From: Haloferax volcanii DS2 | Lineage (GTDB): Archaea > Halobacteriota > Halobacteria > Halobacteriales > Haloferacaceae | Assembly (NCBI RefSeq): GCF_000025685.1 | Contig: NC_013967.1 | Coordinates: forward strand, 960,001-992,000 | Length of the DNA stretch: 32,000 bases | Direction: 5' to 3' | In this document: piece by piece, positions 1 to 9,458 of the stretch | Layout of the letters: each line of letters begins with the position of its first letter | Position numbering within the stretch: position 1 is the stretch's first letter | Position numbers and translations under genes: made by a program | Notes under the pieces: generated by a model | Database searches by the model: none | What the model saw: only the letters and a program-made list of their open reading frames with translations | Told to the model about the DNA's origin: nothing

Positions 1-344
1 GAGCGCCCGTAGGCGTCTTTGTTCTGCCAACCGATGTTGGTCGACAGCCCCTTGTCGTGCATCATGTTCGTCGTGGGCGCGCCGACGCGGGATTTCTCGT
101 CTTTCTCCGAGGAGTTGAACGCGCGCCACTCGGGGCCGTGGTCGATCTCGTCTTCCTCGACGACGAGCCCACAGTCGTCGCAGACCGTCTCACCGTGTTC
201 GGTGTCGGAGACGAGGCTCTCCGAGCCGCATTCGGGGCACGTGGGCGTCTGCTCCCGCTCGGTGTCGGTCTGCTCGGTATCTTTCGTATTCTCGTTGCGC
301 ACGCGCGCGTTGCCGGTCGTGAAACGTCGGACACTTTCTGTCAT
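1..344 (-). CDS. tfb: Transcription initiation factor TFB (TFIIB homologue); N-terminal part only, gene continues beyond the left edge
   Basis: Absent from the ORF track because the window edge truncates it. Manual translation of the reverse strand from the ATG (complement of 342-344) gives [114 protein letters not shown]... This shows a CPxCG...CxxCG zinc ribbon followed by the GPEWRAF / RVGAP / HDKGLST motifs typical of archaeal TFB. Confidence 0.9.
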   Translation of the reverse strand, partial: MTESVRRFTTGNARVRNENTKDTEQTDTEREQTPTCPECGSESLVSDTEHGETVCDDCGLVVEEDEIDHGPEWRAFNSSEKDEKSRVGAPTTNMMHDKGLSTNIGWQNKDAYGR

Positions 345-563
345 TGTGTGCGAGAGAAGCAACTGGGAACGGTCGTTCTCCGTCTATTCGTATTGACCCT
401 CGTTACTTATATCTGACGGCGACAGGAGGACGGAATGGCCCGGGTCCGCACGGTCGGCCCCGGCCGCCTCGCCGGTGGTCTCGCCCGGGCTGACTCGCGC
501 CGGGGACCGGACGAAACGACCCACACCGAAACTCTTACTCCCGGTCTCCGTTTCCTCCGATAC

Positions 564-842
564 ATGAGCGATACGCCCGTCGACGCCGACGAGGTTCGAC
601 ACGTCGCCGAGTTGGCGCGGGTCGACCTCGACGAGGACGAGGTCGAGGAGTTCGCGGCGCGGTTCGCGGACATCCTCGGCTACTTCGACGCCCTCGACGA
701 GGTCCCCGAAGTCGACCGCGAGGACGAACTGGTGAACGTGATGCGCCCCGACGAGGTCCGCGACGGCCTCACCCAAGAGGAGGCGCTGTCGAACGCCGCA
801 GAGACCGAAGACGGCTTCTTCAAAGGCCCGCGGGTGTCGTAG
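564..842 (+). CDS. gatC: Asp/Glu-tRNA(Asn/Gln) amidotransferase subunit C
   Basis: Internal ATG at 564 of ORF 435..842 gives MSDTPVDADEVRHVAELARVDLDEDEVEEFAARFADILGYFDALDEV..., about 92 aa and a typical GatC. The 43 residues upstream are Arg/Gly-rich and unlikely to be coding. The stop TAG (840-842) directly abuts the gatA ATG (843). Confidence 0.9.
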   Translation: MSDTPVDADEVRHVAELARVDLDEDEVEEFAARFADILGYFDALDEVPEVDREDELVNVMRPDEVRDGLTQEEALSNAAETEDGFFKGPRVS

Positions 843-2114
843 ATGTCGCTGAACGCCTTCATCACGAAAGAGACGCTCGACGGCTCCGACGACGGCCCGC
901 TCGCGGGCAAGTCCGTCGCCGTCAAGGACAACATCTCCACGGAGGGGCTGCGGACGACCTGCGGCTCCGCGATGCTCGAAGACTACGTCCCGCCGTACGA
1001 CGCGACCGTCGTCGAACTCCTGAAGGACGCCGGCGCGACCATCGTCGGCAAGGCCAACATGGACGAGTTCGGCATGGGAACGACGACCGAGACCTCCGCG
1101 TTCGGCCCGACGAAGAACCCCGTCGACGAGTCCCGCGTCCCCGGCGGCTCCTCCGGTGGCTCCGCGGCCGCCGTCGCCGCCGGCGAGGCCGACCTCGCGC
1201 TCGGCACCGACACGGGCGGCTCCATCCGCTGTCCCGCCGCGTTCTGCGGCGTCGTCGGCATCAAGCCCACCTACGGCCTCGTCTCGCGCTACGGCCTCGT
1301 CGCCTACGCGAACTCCCTCGAACAGATTGGCCCAATCGCGCCGACCGTCGAGGGCGCCGCCGCGCTCCTCGACGTCATCGCCGGCCCCGACGACCGAGAC
1401 GGCACGACCCGCGACGCCGGTACCGACTCGAACTACGCCGCGGCCGCCGACGGCGACGTCGAAGGACTCACTATCGGCGTCCCCACCGAGTTCGTCGAGG
1501 GCGCGGACGAGGGCGTCGAGGAGGCGTTCTGGGCCGCGCTCGACGAACTCGAAGCCCAGGGCGCTGAGTACCGCGAGGTCAGTATGCCCTCGGTCGAGAA
1601 GGCCGTCGCCGCCTACTACGTCATCGCCATGTCCGAGGCGTCGTCGAACCTCGCTCGCTTCGACGGCGTCCGCTACGGCAAATCCGGCGGCTACGACGGC
1701 AACTGGAACGAGGCGTTCGCCCGCGCCCGCGAGGACGGCTTCGGCTCCGAGGTCAAACGCCGCATCCTCCTCGGTACGTACGCCCTCTCGGCGGGCTACC
1801 ACGACAAGTACTACGCGAAGGCCCAGGACGCCCGCGCGTGGGTCAAACAGGACTTCGACGAGGCGTTCGAGGACGTCGACGTGGTCGCGTCGCCGACGAT
1901 GCCCGTCCCGCCGTTCGAACTCGGCGAGAGCCTCGACGACCCGCTCCAGATGTACCTCGCAGACGCGAACACCGTGCCGGTGAACCTCGCGAACCTCCCC
2001 GCCATCTCGGTCCCGGCGGGCGAGACCGACGGCCTCCCGGTCGGCCTCCAACTCATCGGCCCCAAGTTCGGCGAGGAGACCATCGTCCGCGCCGCGTCCG
2101 CGGTCGAGAACTGA
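843..2114 (+). CDS. gatA: Glutamyl-tRNA(Gln) amidotransferase subunit A (amidase signature family)
   Basis: 423 aa. Amidase signature GGSSGGSAAAVAAGEADLALGTDTGGSIRCPAAFCG. Sits immediately after gatC. Confidence 0.95.
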   Translation: MSLNAFITKETLDGSDDGPLAGKSVAVKDNISTEGLRTTCGSAMLEDYVPPYDATVVELLKDAGATIVGKANMDEFGMGTTTETSAFGPTKNPVDESRVPGGSSGGSAAAVAAGEADLALGTDTGGSIRCPAAFCGVVGIKPTYGLVSRYGLVAYANSLEQIGPIAPTVEGAAALLDVIAGPDDRDGTTRDAGTDSNYAAAADGDVEGLTIGVPTEFVEGADEGVEEAFWAALDELEAQGAEYREVSMPSVEKAVAAYYVIAMSEASSNLARFDGVRYGKSGGYDGNWNEAFARAREDGFGSEVKRRILLGTYALSAGYHDKYYAKAQDARAWVKQDFDEAFEDVDVVASPTMPVPPFELGESLDDPLQMYLADANTVPVNLANLPAISVPAGETDGLPVGLQLIGPKFGEETIVRAASAVEN

Positions 2115-2243
2115 GTCGGTCGCGGAGCGTTTCTCGGGCGCTTCGTTCCGAAGCAGTAGGATAGCGCTCCTGTCGTCCGTTTTCGAGCGACGGAACGCGA
2201 TGCCGATAGTTTTTCCACCGCCCCACGCCCACGCCGGAACGTC

Positions 2244-2924
2244 ATGTACATCATCGTCGTCGGCGCGGGCAACATCGGCACGCCGCTCATCGAAATCGCT
2301 ACCGAGGGCGGCAACGAGGTCGTCGTCGTCGAGCGCGACGAGGCGAAGGCCGAGGCGGCCGCCGCGACGTTCGACTGTCTCGTCCTCAACGACGACGCCA
2401 CGGTCAAACAGACGCTCGACGAGGCCGGCGCGGACCGCGCCGACGCCATCATCACGACGACCGACAAGGACGCGACCAACATCATGGTCTGTCTGTTGGC
2501 GAAGGAACTCGACATCCCCGACATCGTCTCGGTCGTCCACAACCCCGAGCACATGAGCCTCTACCGCCAAATCGGCGTCAACACGATGGAGAACCCCCAG
2601 CGGCTCATCGCGGAGTACCTCTACCGCGCGGTCAAGCGCCCCTCTATCGTCGACTACATGCGCATCGGTGAGCACGCCGAGGTGTTCGAAATCCGCGTCG
2701 ACGAGGACGCGCCGATAACCGGGATGACGATTCAGGAGGCGGCCCAAGAGAACCTCCTCGACGGCGACACGCTCATCGTCGCCGTCGAGCGCGAGGGCGA
2801 CGACGACCCCGTGACGCCCCGCGGGAACACCGCCATCGGCGCGGGCGATCTCCTGACGGTCTACTCCGCGAAGGGCGCGACGCCCGAGGTGACTGACGTG
2901 TTCGGCCACTACGAGGACCACTGA
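2244..2924 (+). CDS. trkA: Trk system K+ uptake protein TrkA, short form (one RCK N-domain plus one C-domain)
   Basis: 226 aa. MYIIVVGAGNIGTPLIE Rossmann GxGxxG motif (TrkA-N/KTN) followed by a TrkA-C-like C-terminus. The stop TGA (2922-2924) overlaps the ATG of the downstream trkH by 1 nt. Confidence 0.9.
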   Translation: MYIIVVGAGNIGTPLIEIATEGGNEVVVVERDEAKAEAAAATFDCLVLNDDATVKQTLDEAGADRADAIITTTDKDATNIMVCLLAKELDIPDIVSVVHNPEHMSLYRQIGVNTMENPQRLIAEYLYRAVKRPSIVDYMRIGEHAEVFEIRVDEDAPITGMTIQEAAQENLLDGDTLIVAVEREGDDDPVTPRGNTAIGAGDLLTVYSAKGATPEVTDVFGHYEDH

Positions 2925-4585
2925 TGCCCCGCCGCGGACGGACCGTCTCGGGGTGGCCCGCCGACCTCGCGGTCATCGGCCGCGACGTGGGGTCGCTCCT
3001 CGCCATGGAGTCGGCCCTGATGACCGCCTCGGTCCTCGTCGCGGTCGGCTTCCGCGAGTGGTACGCCGCGCTCGCGTTCCTCGCCGCCGGGGGCGCGACG
3101 GCGTTCGTCGGGCTAGGCGCGCGAAAGGCGTTCGCGGACGCCCCCGCGCCCCGGATGAAACACGGGATGATAATCGCCGCCGCGGGCTGGTTCGCCACGG
3201 CCGCCTTCGGGTCGCTTCCCTTCTTCCTCACGGCGCACTTCGCCCCGCAGGGCGTCTTCACGGCGCTCGTGCCCGCCGGCGTCGACTACGCCCAGTCGAG
3301 TCTCGTCTACTTCCGCGACCCGTTGCACGCCCTGTTCGAGAGCATGAGCGGCTGGACCGGAAGCGGGCTGACGATGGGCATCCACGAGCCGTCGCTTCCC
3401 CGGACGATTCAGTGGTGGCGCTCGCTCATCCAGTGGGTCGGCGGCGTGGGCGTCATCGTCCTCACCGTCTCCATCCTCTCGCGGCCCGGAAGCGGGAGCT
3501 ACGCGCTGTACCGCGGCGAGGCCAGAGAGGAGAAGATTCACCCGAGCGTCGTCTCGACGGTCCGGACGGTCTGGAAGATTTTCGTCGGCTACACGCTCCT
3601 GTCGGTGGTCGTCCTCTTCGTCGCCATCCGCGCCAGCGACTACGGGGCGACGCTCCCGCTGTGGGAGGTCGCGTGGCAGGCGCTCAATCACGCGATGACG
3701 GGGCTTTCGACCGGCGGATTCGCCGTCACCGACGGCTCCATCGGCACGTACGACTCGCCGCTCATCGAGACGGTGCTGCTCCCCATCATGGCGCTGGGGG
3801 CAATCGCCTTCCCCGTCCACTACGCCATCCTGAAGAACCGCGACGTCGACCGCCTCTGGGGCGACCTCCAGACGCGCTGGCTCCTCGTCCTCTTCGCGGT
3901 CGGCGCGGTTGCGCTCGCCGTCCAGAACCTCGTCAGCCTCCCGGCGACCGCGGGGTCGGCGTTCGTCGAGACCGCGGACTACTTCGGACTCGCCGGCGTC
4001 GCCGGCGGACCGGAGTCGGACGCCGTCCGCGACGCCGCGTTCCACTGGGTGAGCGCGCTCACCTGCACCGGCTTTCAGGCCGCGCCGCTCGGCGCGTGGT
4101 CAGACGGCGGGAAGATTCTGCTGTCGGGGGCGATGACCCTCGGCGGGGCCGCCGGGTCGACCGTCGGCGGCATCAAAATCATCCGCGGCTACACCATCTC
4201 CCGCGGCATCCGCTGGCAGTTCTCCCGCGTCTTCCTCCCCGAGAGCGCGATCGTCAATATCGAGATGAACGGCCGCCGGCTCTCGCGGACCGAGATGGAC
4301 CGCGAGTTCTCCGAAGCGGCCATCGTCTCGATGCTCTGGGTGCTGCTGCTCGTCGGGTCGAGCGTCCTCCTCGTGAACCTCGCCGGGCCGGAGTTCACCT
4401 ACGCCGACGCGCTGTTCGAAGTCGCGTCCGCGCAGGGGAACGTCGGCATCTCGACGGGCATCACCGGCCCGTGGATGAATCCGTGGGCGGAGACGATGTT
4501 CCTCTTTAACATGTGGGTCGGCCGCCTCGAAATCATCCCGGTGTTGGTGTTCGCCCGGTCGGCAATCTACGGGCTGAACCCCTGA
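2924..4585 (+). CDS. trkH: Trk system K+ uptake membrane protein TrkH
   Basis: 553 aa polytopic membrane protein with TrkH/KtrB-type pore-loop repeats (MSGWTGSGLT, GLSTGGF, LTCTGFQ, SAQGNVGISTG). Coupled to the short trkA. Confidence 0.9.
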   Translation: MPRRGRTVSGWPADLAVIGRDVGSLLAMESALMTASVLVAVGFREWYAALAFLAAGGATAFVGLGARKAFADAPAPRMKHGMIIAAAGWFATAAFGSLPFFLTAHFAPQGVFTALVPAGVDYAQSSLVYFRDPLHALFESMSGWTGSGLTMGIHEPSLPRTIQWWRSLIQWVGGVGVIVLTVSILSRPGSGSYALYRGEAREEKIHPSVVSTVRTVWKIFVGYTLLSVVVLFVAIRASDYGATLPLWEVAWQALNHAMTGLSTGGFAVTDGSIGTYDSPLIETVLLPIMALGAIAFPVHYAILKNRDVDRLWGDLQTRWLLVLFAVGAVALAVQNLVSLPATAGSAFVETADYFGLAGVAGGPESDAVRDAAFHWVSALTCTGFQAAPLGAWSDGGKILLSGAMTLGGAAGSTVGGIKIIRGYTISRGIRWQFSRVFLPESAIVNIEMNGRRLSRTEMDREFSEAAIVSMLWVLLLVGSSVLLVNLAGPEFTYADALFEVASAQGNVGISTGITGPWMNPWAETMFLFNMWVGRLEIIPVLVFARSAIYGLNP

Positions 4586-4601
4586 GCAAAAGCGGACGCG
4601 G

Positions 4602-4607
4602 TTTTTT
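4602..4607 (+). terminator. T6 run between the convergent trkH genes (archaeal oligo-T terminator candidate)
   Basis: gcggacgcgGTTTTTTcgg lies 17 nt after the TGA at 4583-4585. The whole spacer between the two convergent stops is only 27 nt. Confidence 0.5.
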
Positions 4608-4612
4608 CGGCG

Positions 4613-6217
4613 TTACCGCCGCCAGTACTCCGGCGTGAAGATGACCAACACGGGCAGAATCTCCAGCCTGCCCACCCACATGAGAAGCACCATGTACAGC
4701 TTCGAGCCGTTGGAGAAGTCGAGATAGCTCCCCATCGGGCCGACGACGCCGAAGCCCGGGCCGACGTTCCCGAGGGTCGCGGCGACGGCGCTCATGGTTT
4801 CGAGGATGCTCACGTCGAAGCCGATACGTGCGGCGTCGAGGTGGAGCAGGCCGGTCGACACGAAAAACAACACGAGATACAGGAGCGTGAAGGCGTAGAT
4901 GCCGCGGATGGCCCGCTCGTCGACCGCGCGGCCCGCGAGCCTGACGGGGCGGACCGCCTCGGGGTGAGCCGTCGTGAACAGCTCTCGGCGGAGCGATTTC
5001 ACGATGACGTACCAGCGGACGATTTTCACCGCGCCGCCGGTCGACCCCCCGGAGCCGCCGATGAACATCGCGAACAGCAGGACGTACTGCGCCGGCGCGC
5101 TCCACGCGTTGAAGTCGATGCTGGCGTAGCCGGTCGTCGTGACGATGGAGACGACCTGAAACACCGACTGGCGAACCGCGGGTTCGACGTTGCCGATGAT
5201 GGCCGTGCGGATGCCTTCGAGGTAGAGTTGGTCGTACGTCTCGCCCGCGGGCGCGACGGACATCAGCCCGTCACCGAGGAACAGGATTCCCGCGAGGATG
5301 GCCGAGACGACGCCGATGACGCCGAGGTAGGACTTGAACTCGGTGTCGCGGAACAGCCGCTTCGGGTCGCCGGTGAGGACGTGCCAAAACAGCGCGAAGT
5401 TGGTCCCGGCGGCGACCATGAAGGGGATAACGACCCACTGCGCGGCCGCCGAAAACGCCTCGATGCTGCGGGCCTCCGGCGAGAACCCACCGGTCGGCAT
5501 CGTCGTCAGCCCGTGGGCGATGGCGTTGTACACCCCCATGTTCTGGGCGTGGCCGGTGACGTTGAGCCCGTAGAGGAGGACGATTTCGAGGACGGTGAGA
5601 CCGAGGTACGCGCCCCAGAGCGCGCGGGCCGTCTCGGCGATGCGCGGCGTGAGCTTCTCGATACCGGGACCGGGCGCTTCGGCGTCCATCAGCTGTGCGC
5701 CGCCGACGGAGAGTTCGGGGAGGATGGCGACCGCGAGGACGACGATACCCATCCCGCCGAGCCACTGGGTGAGCTGTCGCCACATCATGATGCCGCGGGT
5801 GTGCGAGTCGAACGAGATGTCGCCGAGCACCGTCGCCCCGGTCGTGGTGAAGCCGCTCATCGTCTCGAACAGCGCGTTCACCGGGTTGCCGAGGGTCGAT
5901 TCGGGGTGGATGGGCGACGCGACGAAGGGGATGCCGTGGGCCTCGATGAGAAACGGTATCGCGCCGACTATCGTGACCGCTAGCCACGTCAGCGCGACCA
6001 TCAGAAAGCCCTCTCGGGCCCCGATGTCGGGGTCGTCGGCGAGCCGTTCGAGCCCCGTGCCGACGAGGACCGTCACGGCCATCGTGACGACGAACGGGAG
6101 CACCGACTCGCCGTAGTACAGCGCGACCACGAGCGGGAAACAAAGAGGGACCGCGAGATACTTCAGGACGGTCCCCACGAGACGCAGGCTGGCTCTGTAA
6201 TCGACCCGCAATTTCAT
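4613..6217 (-). CDS. trkH: Trk system K+ uptake membrane protein TrkH (second copy)
   Basis: 534 aa. MKLRVDYRASLRLVGTVLKYL... with motifs ETMSGFTTTGAT, GLTTMPTGGFS, SIVTTTGYAS, LGNVGPGFG, i.e. four selectivity-filter-like loops. ATG at the complement of 6215-6217. Confidence 0.92.
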   Translation of the reverse strand: MKLRVDYRASLRLVGTVLKYLAVPLCFPLVVALYYGESVLPFVVTMAVTVLVGTGLERLADDPDIGAREGFLMVALTWLAVTIVGAIPFLIEAHGIPFVASPIHPESTLGNPVNALFETMSGFTTTGATVLGDISFDSHTRGIMMWRQLTQWLGGMGIVVLAVAILPELSVGGAQLMDAEAPGPGIEKLTPRIAETARALWGAYLGLTVLEIVLLYGLNVTGHAQNMGVYNAIAHGLTTMPTGGFSPEARSIEAFSAAAQWVVIPFMVAAGTNFALFWHVLTGDPKRLFRDTEFKSYLGVIGVVSAILAGILFLGDGLMSVAPAGETYDQLYLEGIRTAIIGNVEPAVRQSVFQVVSIVTTTGYASIDFNAWSAPAQYVLLFAMFIGGSGGSTGGAVKIVRWYVIVKSLRRELFTTAHPEAVRPVRLAGRAVDERAIRGIYAFTLLYLVLFFVSTGLLHLDAARIGFDVSILETMSAVAATLGNVGPGFGVVGPMGSYLDFSNGSKLYMVLLMWVGRLEILPVLVIFTPEYWRR

Positions 6218-6334
6218 CCGTGGACTAACGTACCGAGCGCCGGGTTCTTCCGTGTTCGGGTTCGCAGTCGGGGGCGCGACGGCGTGACAGGGTCGAGTTT
6301 TCGGCGCAGAACGGGGGCTGTGCGGCGGACCGAC

Positions 6335-7672
6335 CTACAGATTGGGTGTCACGTCGTCGATGACGCAGCTATCGACGAAGACGACGACGTGGTCGCCGGG
6401 TTCGATGACGGTGTCGCCGCGGGGGGTGATGAACTCGCGGCGGCGGGTTATCGCGCCGATGACGACGCCTTCGGGGAGCGTCGCGACCGACTCCCGAATC
6501 GGCTTGCCCGCGAGGACGCTCTCGGCGTCCACCTCGATTTCGAGCACTTCGGCCTTGTCAGACTCGATGAGCGCGACGTTCTCCGCGCCGCCCTCGCGGG
6601 TAAAGCGGGTTATCTCCTCTGCGACGACCTCGCGGGGGCTGACGCCCACGTCGACGCCGACGGCCTCGAACAGGTCCACGTACGGCGTCGTGTCGATGAC
6701 GGCGACGGTGCGCTCGACGCCGAGGCGGGCGGCGAGAAGCGACACGAGCAGGTTCTTCTCGTCGGAGTCGAGCGCCGAGACGAGCAGGTCGGCGTCGCCG
6801 ATGTACTCGCGTTCGAGGAAGTCCACGTCGGTCGCGTCGCTCTCCATGACGATGGTTCCGGGGAGCATCTCCGCGAGTTCGCGGGCGCGCTCCGCGTCGT
6901 GCTCGATGAGCCTGGGCTTGAAGCCGCGCTCTTCGAGCAGGCGGGCGACGTGGTAGCCGATTTCGCTCCCGCCGACGATGACGACTTCCTCGGCGGTTCC
7001 CGGCGGTTCGTCGGGCGAGACGGAGCTTGCGAAGCCCTGGACGCTCTTGGGGCTGCCGATGACGACGACGCGGTCGCCGGGACCGATGACGGAGTCGCCG
7101 CGGGGGATGGTGACCTCGCCGTCGCGGAGGATGGCCGCGAAGGTCAGCGAGTCGAAGCGGTCGGCCTCGCTCACGGTCTGGTTGGCGACGGGGCTCTCCT
7201 CGTCGACTTCGAACTCGGCCATCTGGACCTGCCCGCCCGCGAAGGGGTCAACGTCGCGTGCGGCGGGGAGGCCGACGACGCGGACGATGGACTCCGCGGC
7301 GAGCAGGTTCGTACAGACCATGAAGTCGATGCCGAACGCCTTCTCGGAGCGCTGCCACGTCCGGAGGTACTCCGTGTTCTTGACCCGGGCGATTGTGAAC
7401 GCGTTCGAGATGGCCTTGGCGGTCGCGCAGGCGACGATGTTCGTCTCGTCGTCGTCGGTCGAGGCGATGACCATGTCGGCGCGCTCCACGTCGGCCTCTT
7501 CGAGCGTGTCCACCGAGGTTCCGTCGCCGTGGAGCGCCAGCACGTCGAGCGAGTAGTTCAGTTCGTCGACGCGCTCGGGGTCGCAGTCGATGACGACGAC
7601 CTCGTGGGTCTCGTCGAGGTCGGCCGCGATGGACGACCCGACCTGTCCGGCACCGATGATTATCACGCGCAC
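6335..7672 (-). CDS. trkA: Trk system K+ uptake protein TrkA, long form (double RCK)
   Basis: The track ORF is 6335..7726 (ATG start, 463 aa). A GTG at the complement of 7670-7672 gives MRVIIIGAGQVGSSIAADL..., the canonical TrkA N-terminus (445 aa). A second Rossmann motif, VVIVGGSEIGYHVARLL, lies mid-protein. The start choice (7672 or 7726) is uncertain. Confidence 0.88.
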   Translation of the reverse strand: MRVIIIGAGQVGSSIAADLDETHEVVVIDCDPERVDELNYSLDVLALHGDGTSVDTLEEADVERADMVIASTDDDETNIVACATAKAISNAFTIARVKNTEYLRTWQRSEKAFGIDFMVCTNLLAAESIVRVVGLPAARDVDPFAGGQVQMAEFEVDEESPVANQTVSEADRFDSLTFAAILRDGEVTIPRGDSVIGPGDRVVVIGSPKSVQGFASSVSPDEPPGTAEEVVIVGGSEIGYHVARLLEERGFKPRLIEHDAERARELAEMLPGTIVMESDATDVDFLEREYIGDADLLVSALDSDEKNLLVSLLAARLGVERTVAVIDTTPYVDLFEAVGVDVGVSPREVVAEEITRFTREGGAENVALIESDKAEVLEIEVDAESVLAGKPIRESVATLPEGVVIGAITRRREFITPRGDTVIEPGDHVVVFVDSCVIDDVTPNL

Positions 7673-7757
7673 CAGAGACCAGCCCCTGTCATACCCCTGT
7701 GTTGGACCGCGGGCGCGTATGTGCATTTCCCTTCTCGAATCTCCGGGACACCGACGC

Positions 7758-8300
7758 TCACGACCCCGGTTTCGAGTGTATCGTCAGTTCCACGCGCCGT
7801 GGTCGCCCCTCGATGTCTGCGACGATGCGCTCGACGATTCGCTCCGCCTCCTTCTGGAGCACCGGCCGGAGCTTGTCGATGACCCAACCGAGCGAGACGA
7901 ACCGCGGGAGGTCGACGTCGCCCGCGGAGACGCTGTCGGGGTCGTATTCGACCTCGAAGAAGACGCGGCAGGCGGTGTCGGCGTCCGGCGGGGCCTCACC
8001 CCCGTGGGGCAGGTCGTCGAGTTCCTCGACTCGCCAGCGGCCGACGGCGTGTACGTCCTTGGTGATGGTCCAGTCGATTCGCGTCGGCGGGGTGACGTCG
8101 GTCACCTTCGACTCGGCGGTGTAGGTGAGCTTCCACCACGAAAAGTACAGGGCGTACCGCGTGCCCGGCGACCCGTCGCCCGACTGCCGAACGTCCCGCA
8201 GGTGCTTCGAGTAGTCGGCGTACCGCGGGAAGTCGACGAGGAACTCGTATATCTCCTCGGGCGGCAGGTAGACGACGGTGCTGACGGCTATCTCGTCCAC
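7758..8300 (-). CDS. SRPBCC (START / polyketide cyclase-dehydrase-like) family protein
   Basis: Track ORF 7758..8444. The first 48 residues are Arg/Ser/Thr-rich and look non-coding. A GTG at the complement of 8298-8300 gives (M)DEIAVSTVVYLPPEEIYEFLVDFPRYADYSKHL..., a typical N-terminus for small haloarchaeal SRPBCC proteins. About 180 aa. Confidence 0.7.
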   Translation of the reverse strand: MDEIAVSTVVYLPPEEIYEFLVDFPRYADYSKHLRDVRQSGDGSPGTRYALYFSWWKLTYTAESKVTDVTPPTRIDWTITKDVHAVGRWRVEELDDLPHGGEAPPDADTACRVFFEVEYDPDSVSAGDVDLPRFVSLGWVIDKLRPVLQKEAERIVERIVADIEGRPRRVELTIHSKPGS

Positions 8301-8418
8301 GAGCGTCGAATGGAGTCGGCGGGACCAAAGCCTTGTGGGCCGTGTCGCTCGCTCGCGCGGCGCGGACGCCCTCGCAATCGCAACCCATAATCGGTCGGTG
8401 TCTCGACATACAGCCGAG

Positions 8419-9378
8419 ATGGTGGGGGGGACGCTTCGGGACATCAGAGCCGAGATTCGGTCTCTGGCGTGTTCCGACGGCGACTACGCAGTTGTGTGCG
8501 GCCGCACGGGTTCGCCGCCCGGAGCCGCCGCAGGACAGCGGTTTCCGGGCCGACGCGCCGCCGGCGAGGCCGTGGAACTGACGCGGGACTACCGGGCGGC
8601 GCTCCGGCGCTACGACCCGAACAGCCCGTACGACGATCCGCTCGTGTACGAGGTGGCCGAGGGACCGCCGCGGGCCGCCGAGGAGTCGGCAGACGAGTAC
8701 GCCCGATACAGCGCGTTCTGCCACGACACCGCGGGCGCGCTGTTCGAGGCGCTGTCGGAACTCGGCTATCGGGAGGCCGAGACCGCCGAGATGGAGACGT
8801 ACCTCACGCTGGCCGAGGTCGTCGACGACCGCGACGACTTCTGTCTCACGCTGGTGTGGAGCCTGATGAGCGAACTGGACGTTCGCCTCTCGGCCGACGA
8901 GCAGCGGGCGGTCGTCGAGACGGCGGCCGGGCTGTTCTGTCCGACCCCGACGCCGAACCCCGTGGACGCGGCGCTTCGACACCTCGAAGCCGTCGGCTTC
9001 GTCGAGGGCTACTCGGTGCGGCCGATACCCGACGCCGAGGCGGCTGGAACTGCCGGTTCCGACGCCCGAACCGACGCACGGACCGACGGCGACGACAGCT
9101 CCCGGACGTGGGAGCTCACCTTCGGGGACTACGCGCTCGCGGAGCGGACCGGCCGGGTTCCGACGCTGCCGCTCGCCGTGGCTCTCGTCCGGCGGACGCC
9201 GGAGCGAACCGTGCGCTTTCTCGACGGCGAGGCGCTGTCTGACGGGCGCTGGCGGCTCCGGCTCCGAATGTCACCGAAGAACGGAGCGGGGCACGCACCC
9301 GGCTCGGCGGGCCTCGTCAGCGTCGAGGCAATCGAGAACCGCTGGCTCAACGACCCGAGCGCGTCGCTGGGTCGGTAG
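8419..9378 (+). CDS. Hypothetical protein, acidic, no recognisable domain
   Basis: Internal ATG at 8419 of ORF 8278..9378 gives MVGGTLRDIRAEIRSLACSDGDYAVVCGRTG... (319 aa). Composition is haloarchaeal (Asp/Glu-rich) with GC-rich third positions. I recognise no catalytic motif or TM segment. Confidence 0.55.
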   Translation: MVGGTLRDIRAEIRSLACSDGDYAVVCGRTGSPPGAAAGQRFPGRRAAGEAVELTRDYRAALRRYDPNSPYDDPLVYEVAEGPPRAAEESADEYARYSAFCHDTAGALFEALSELGYREAETAEMETYLTLAEVVDDRDDFCLTLVWSLMSELDVRLSADEQRAVVETAAGLFCPTPTPNPVDAALRHLEAVGFVEGYSVRPIPDAEAAGTAGSDARTDARTDGDDSSRTWELTFGDYALAERTGRVPTLPLAVALVRRTPERTVRFLDGEALSDGRWRLRLRMSPKNGAGHAPGSAGLVSVEAIENRWLNDPSASLGR

Positions 9379-9458
9379 CCCGAACCGCCTCCGGGCGGAA
9401 CTCGGCAGCGTTCAGCGACATCCGTACGGTTTTACTCGCCGCTGAGCTATCGCACGAC

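Noticed and set aside
436-492. GC-rich pair of GCCCGGG(C) elements in the tfb/gatC spacer that could form a hairpin
   Set aside because: Each element is itself a short CCCGGG palindrome, which is expected by chance at this GC content. There is no extended complementarity in between.
384-2921. 845-aa ORF on the minus strand spanning gatC, gatA and trkA
   Set aside because: It is antisense to three genes with unmistakable motifs. The translation is low-complexity and rich in Arg, Gly, Asp, Val and Ala. That is the usual shadow ORF of a high-GC genome where stop codons are rare.
6284-7882. 532-aa plus-strand ORF opposite trkA
   Set aside because: Antisense shadow ORF with the same low-complexity composition and no motifs. 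The minus-strand TrkA reading is clearly the real one, with two Rossmann GxGxxG motifs.
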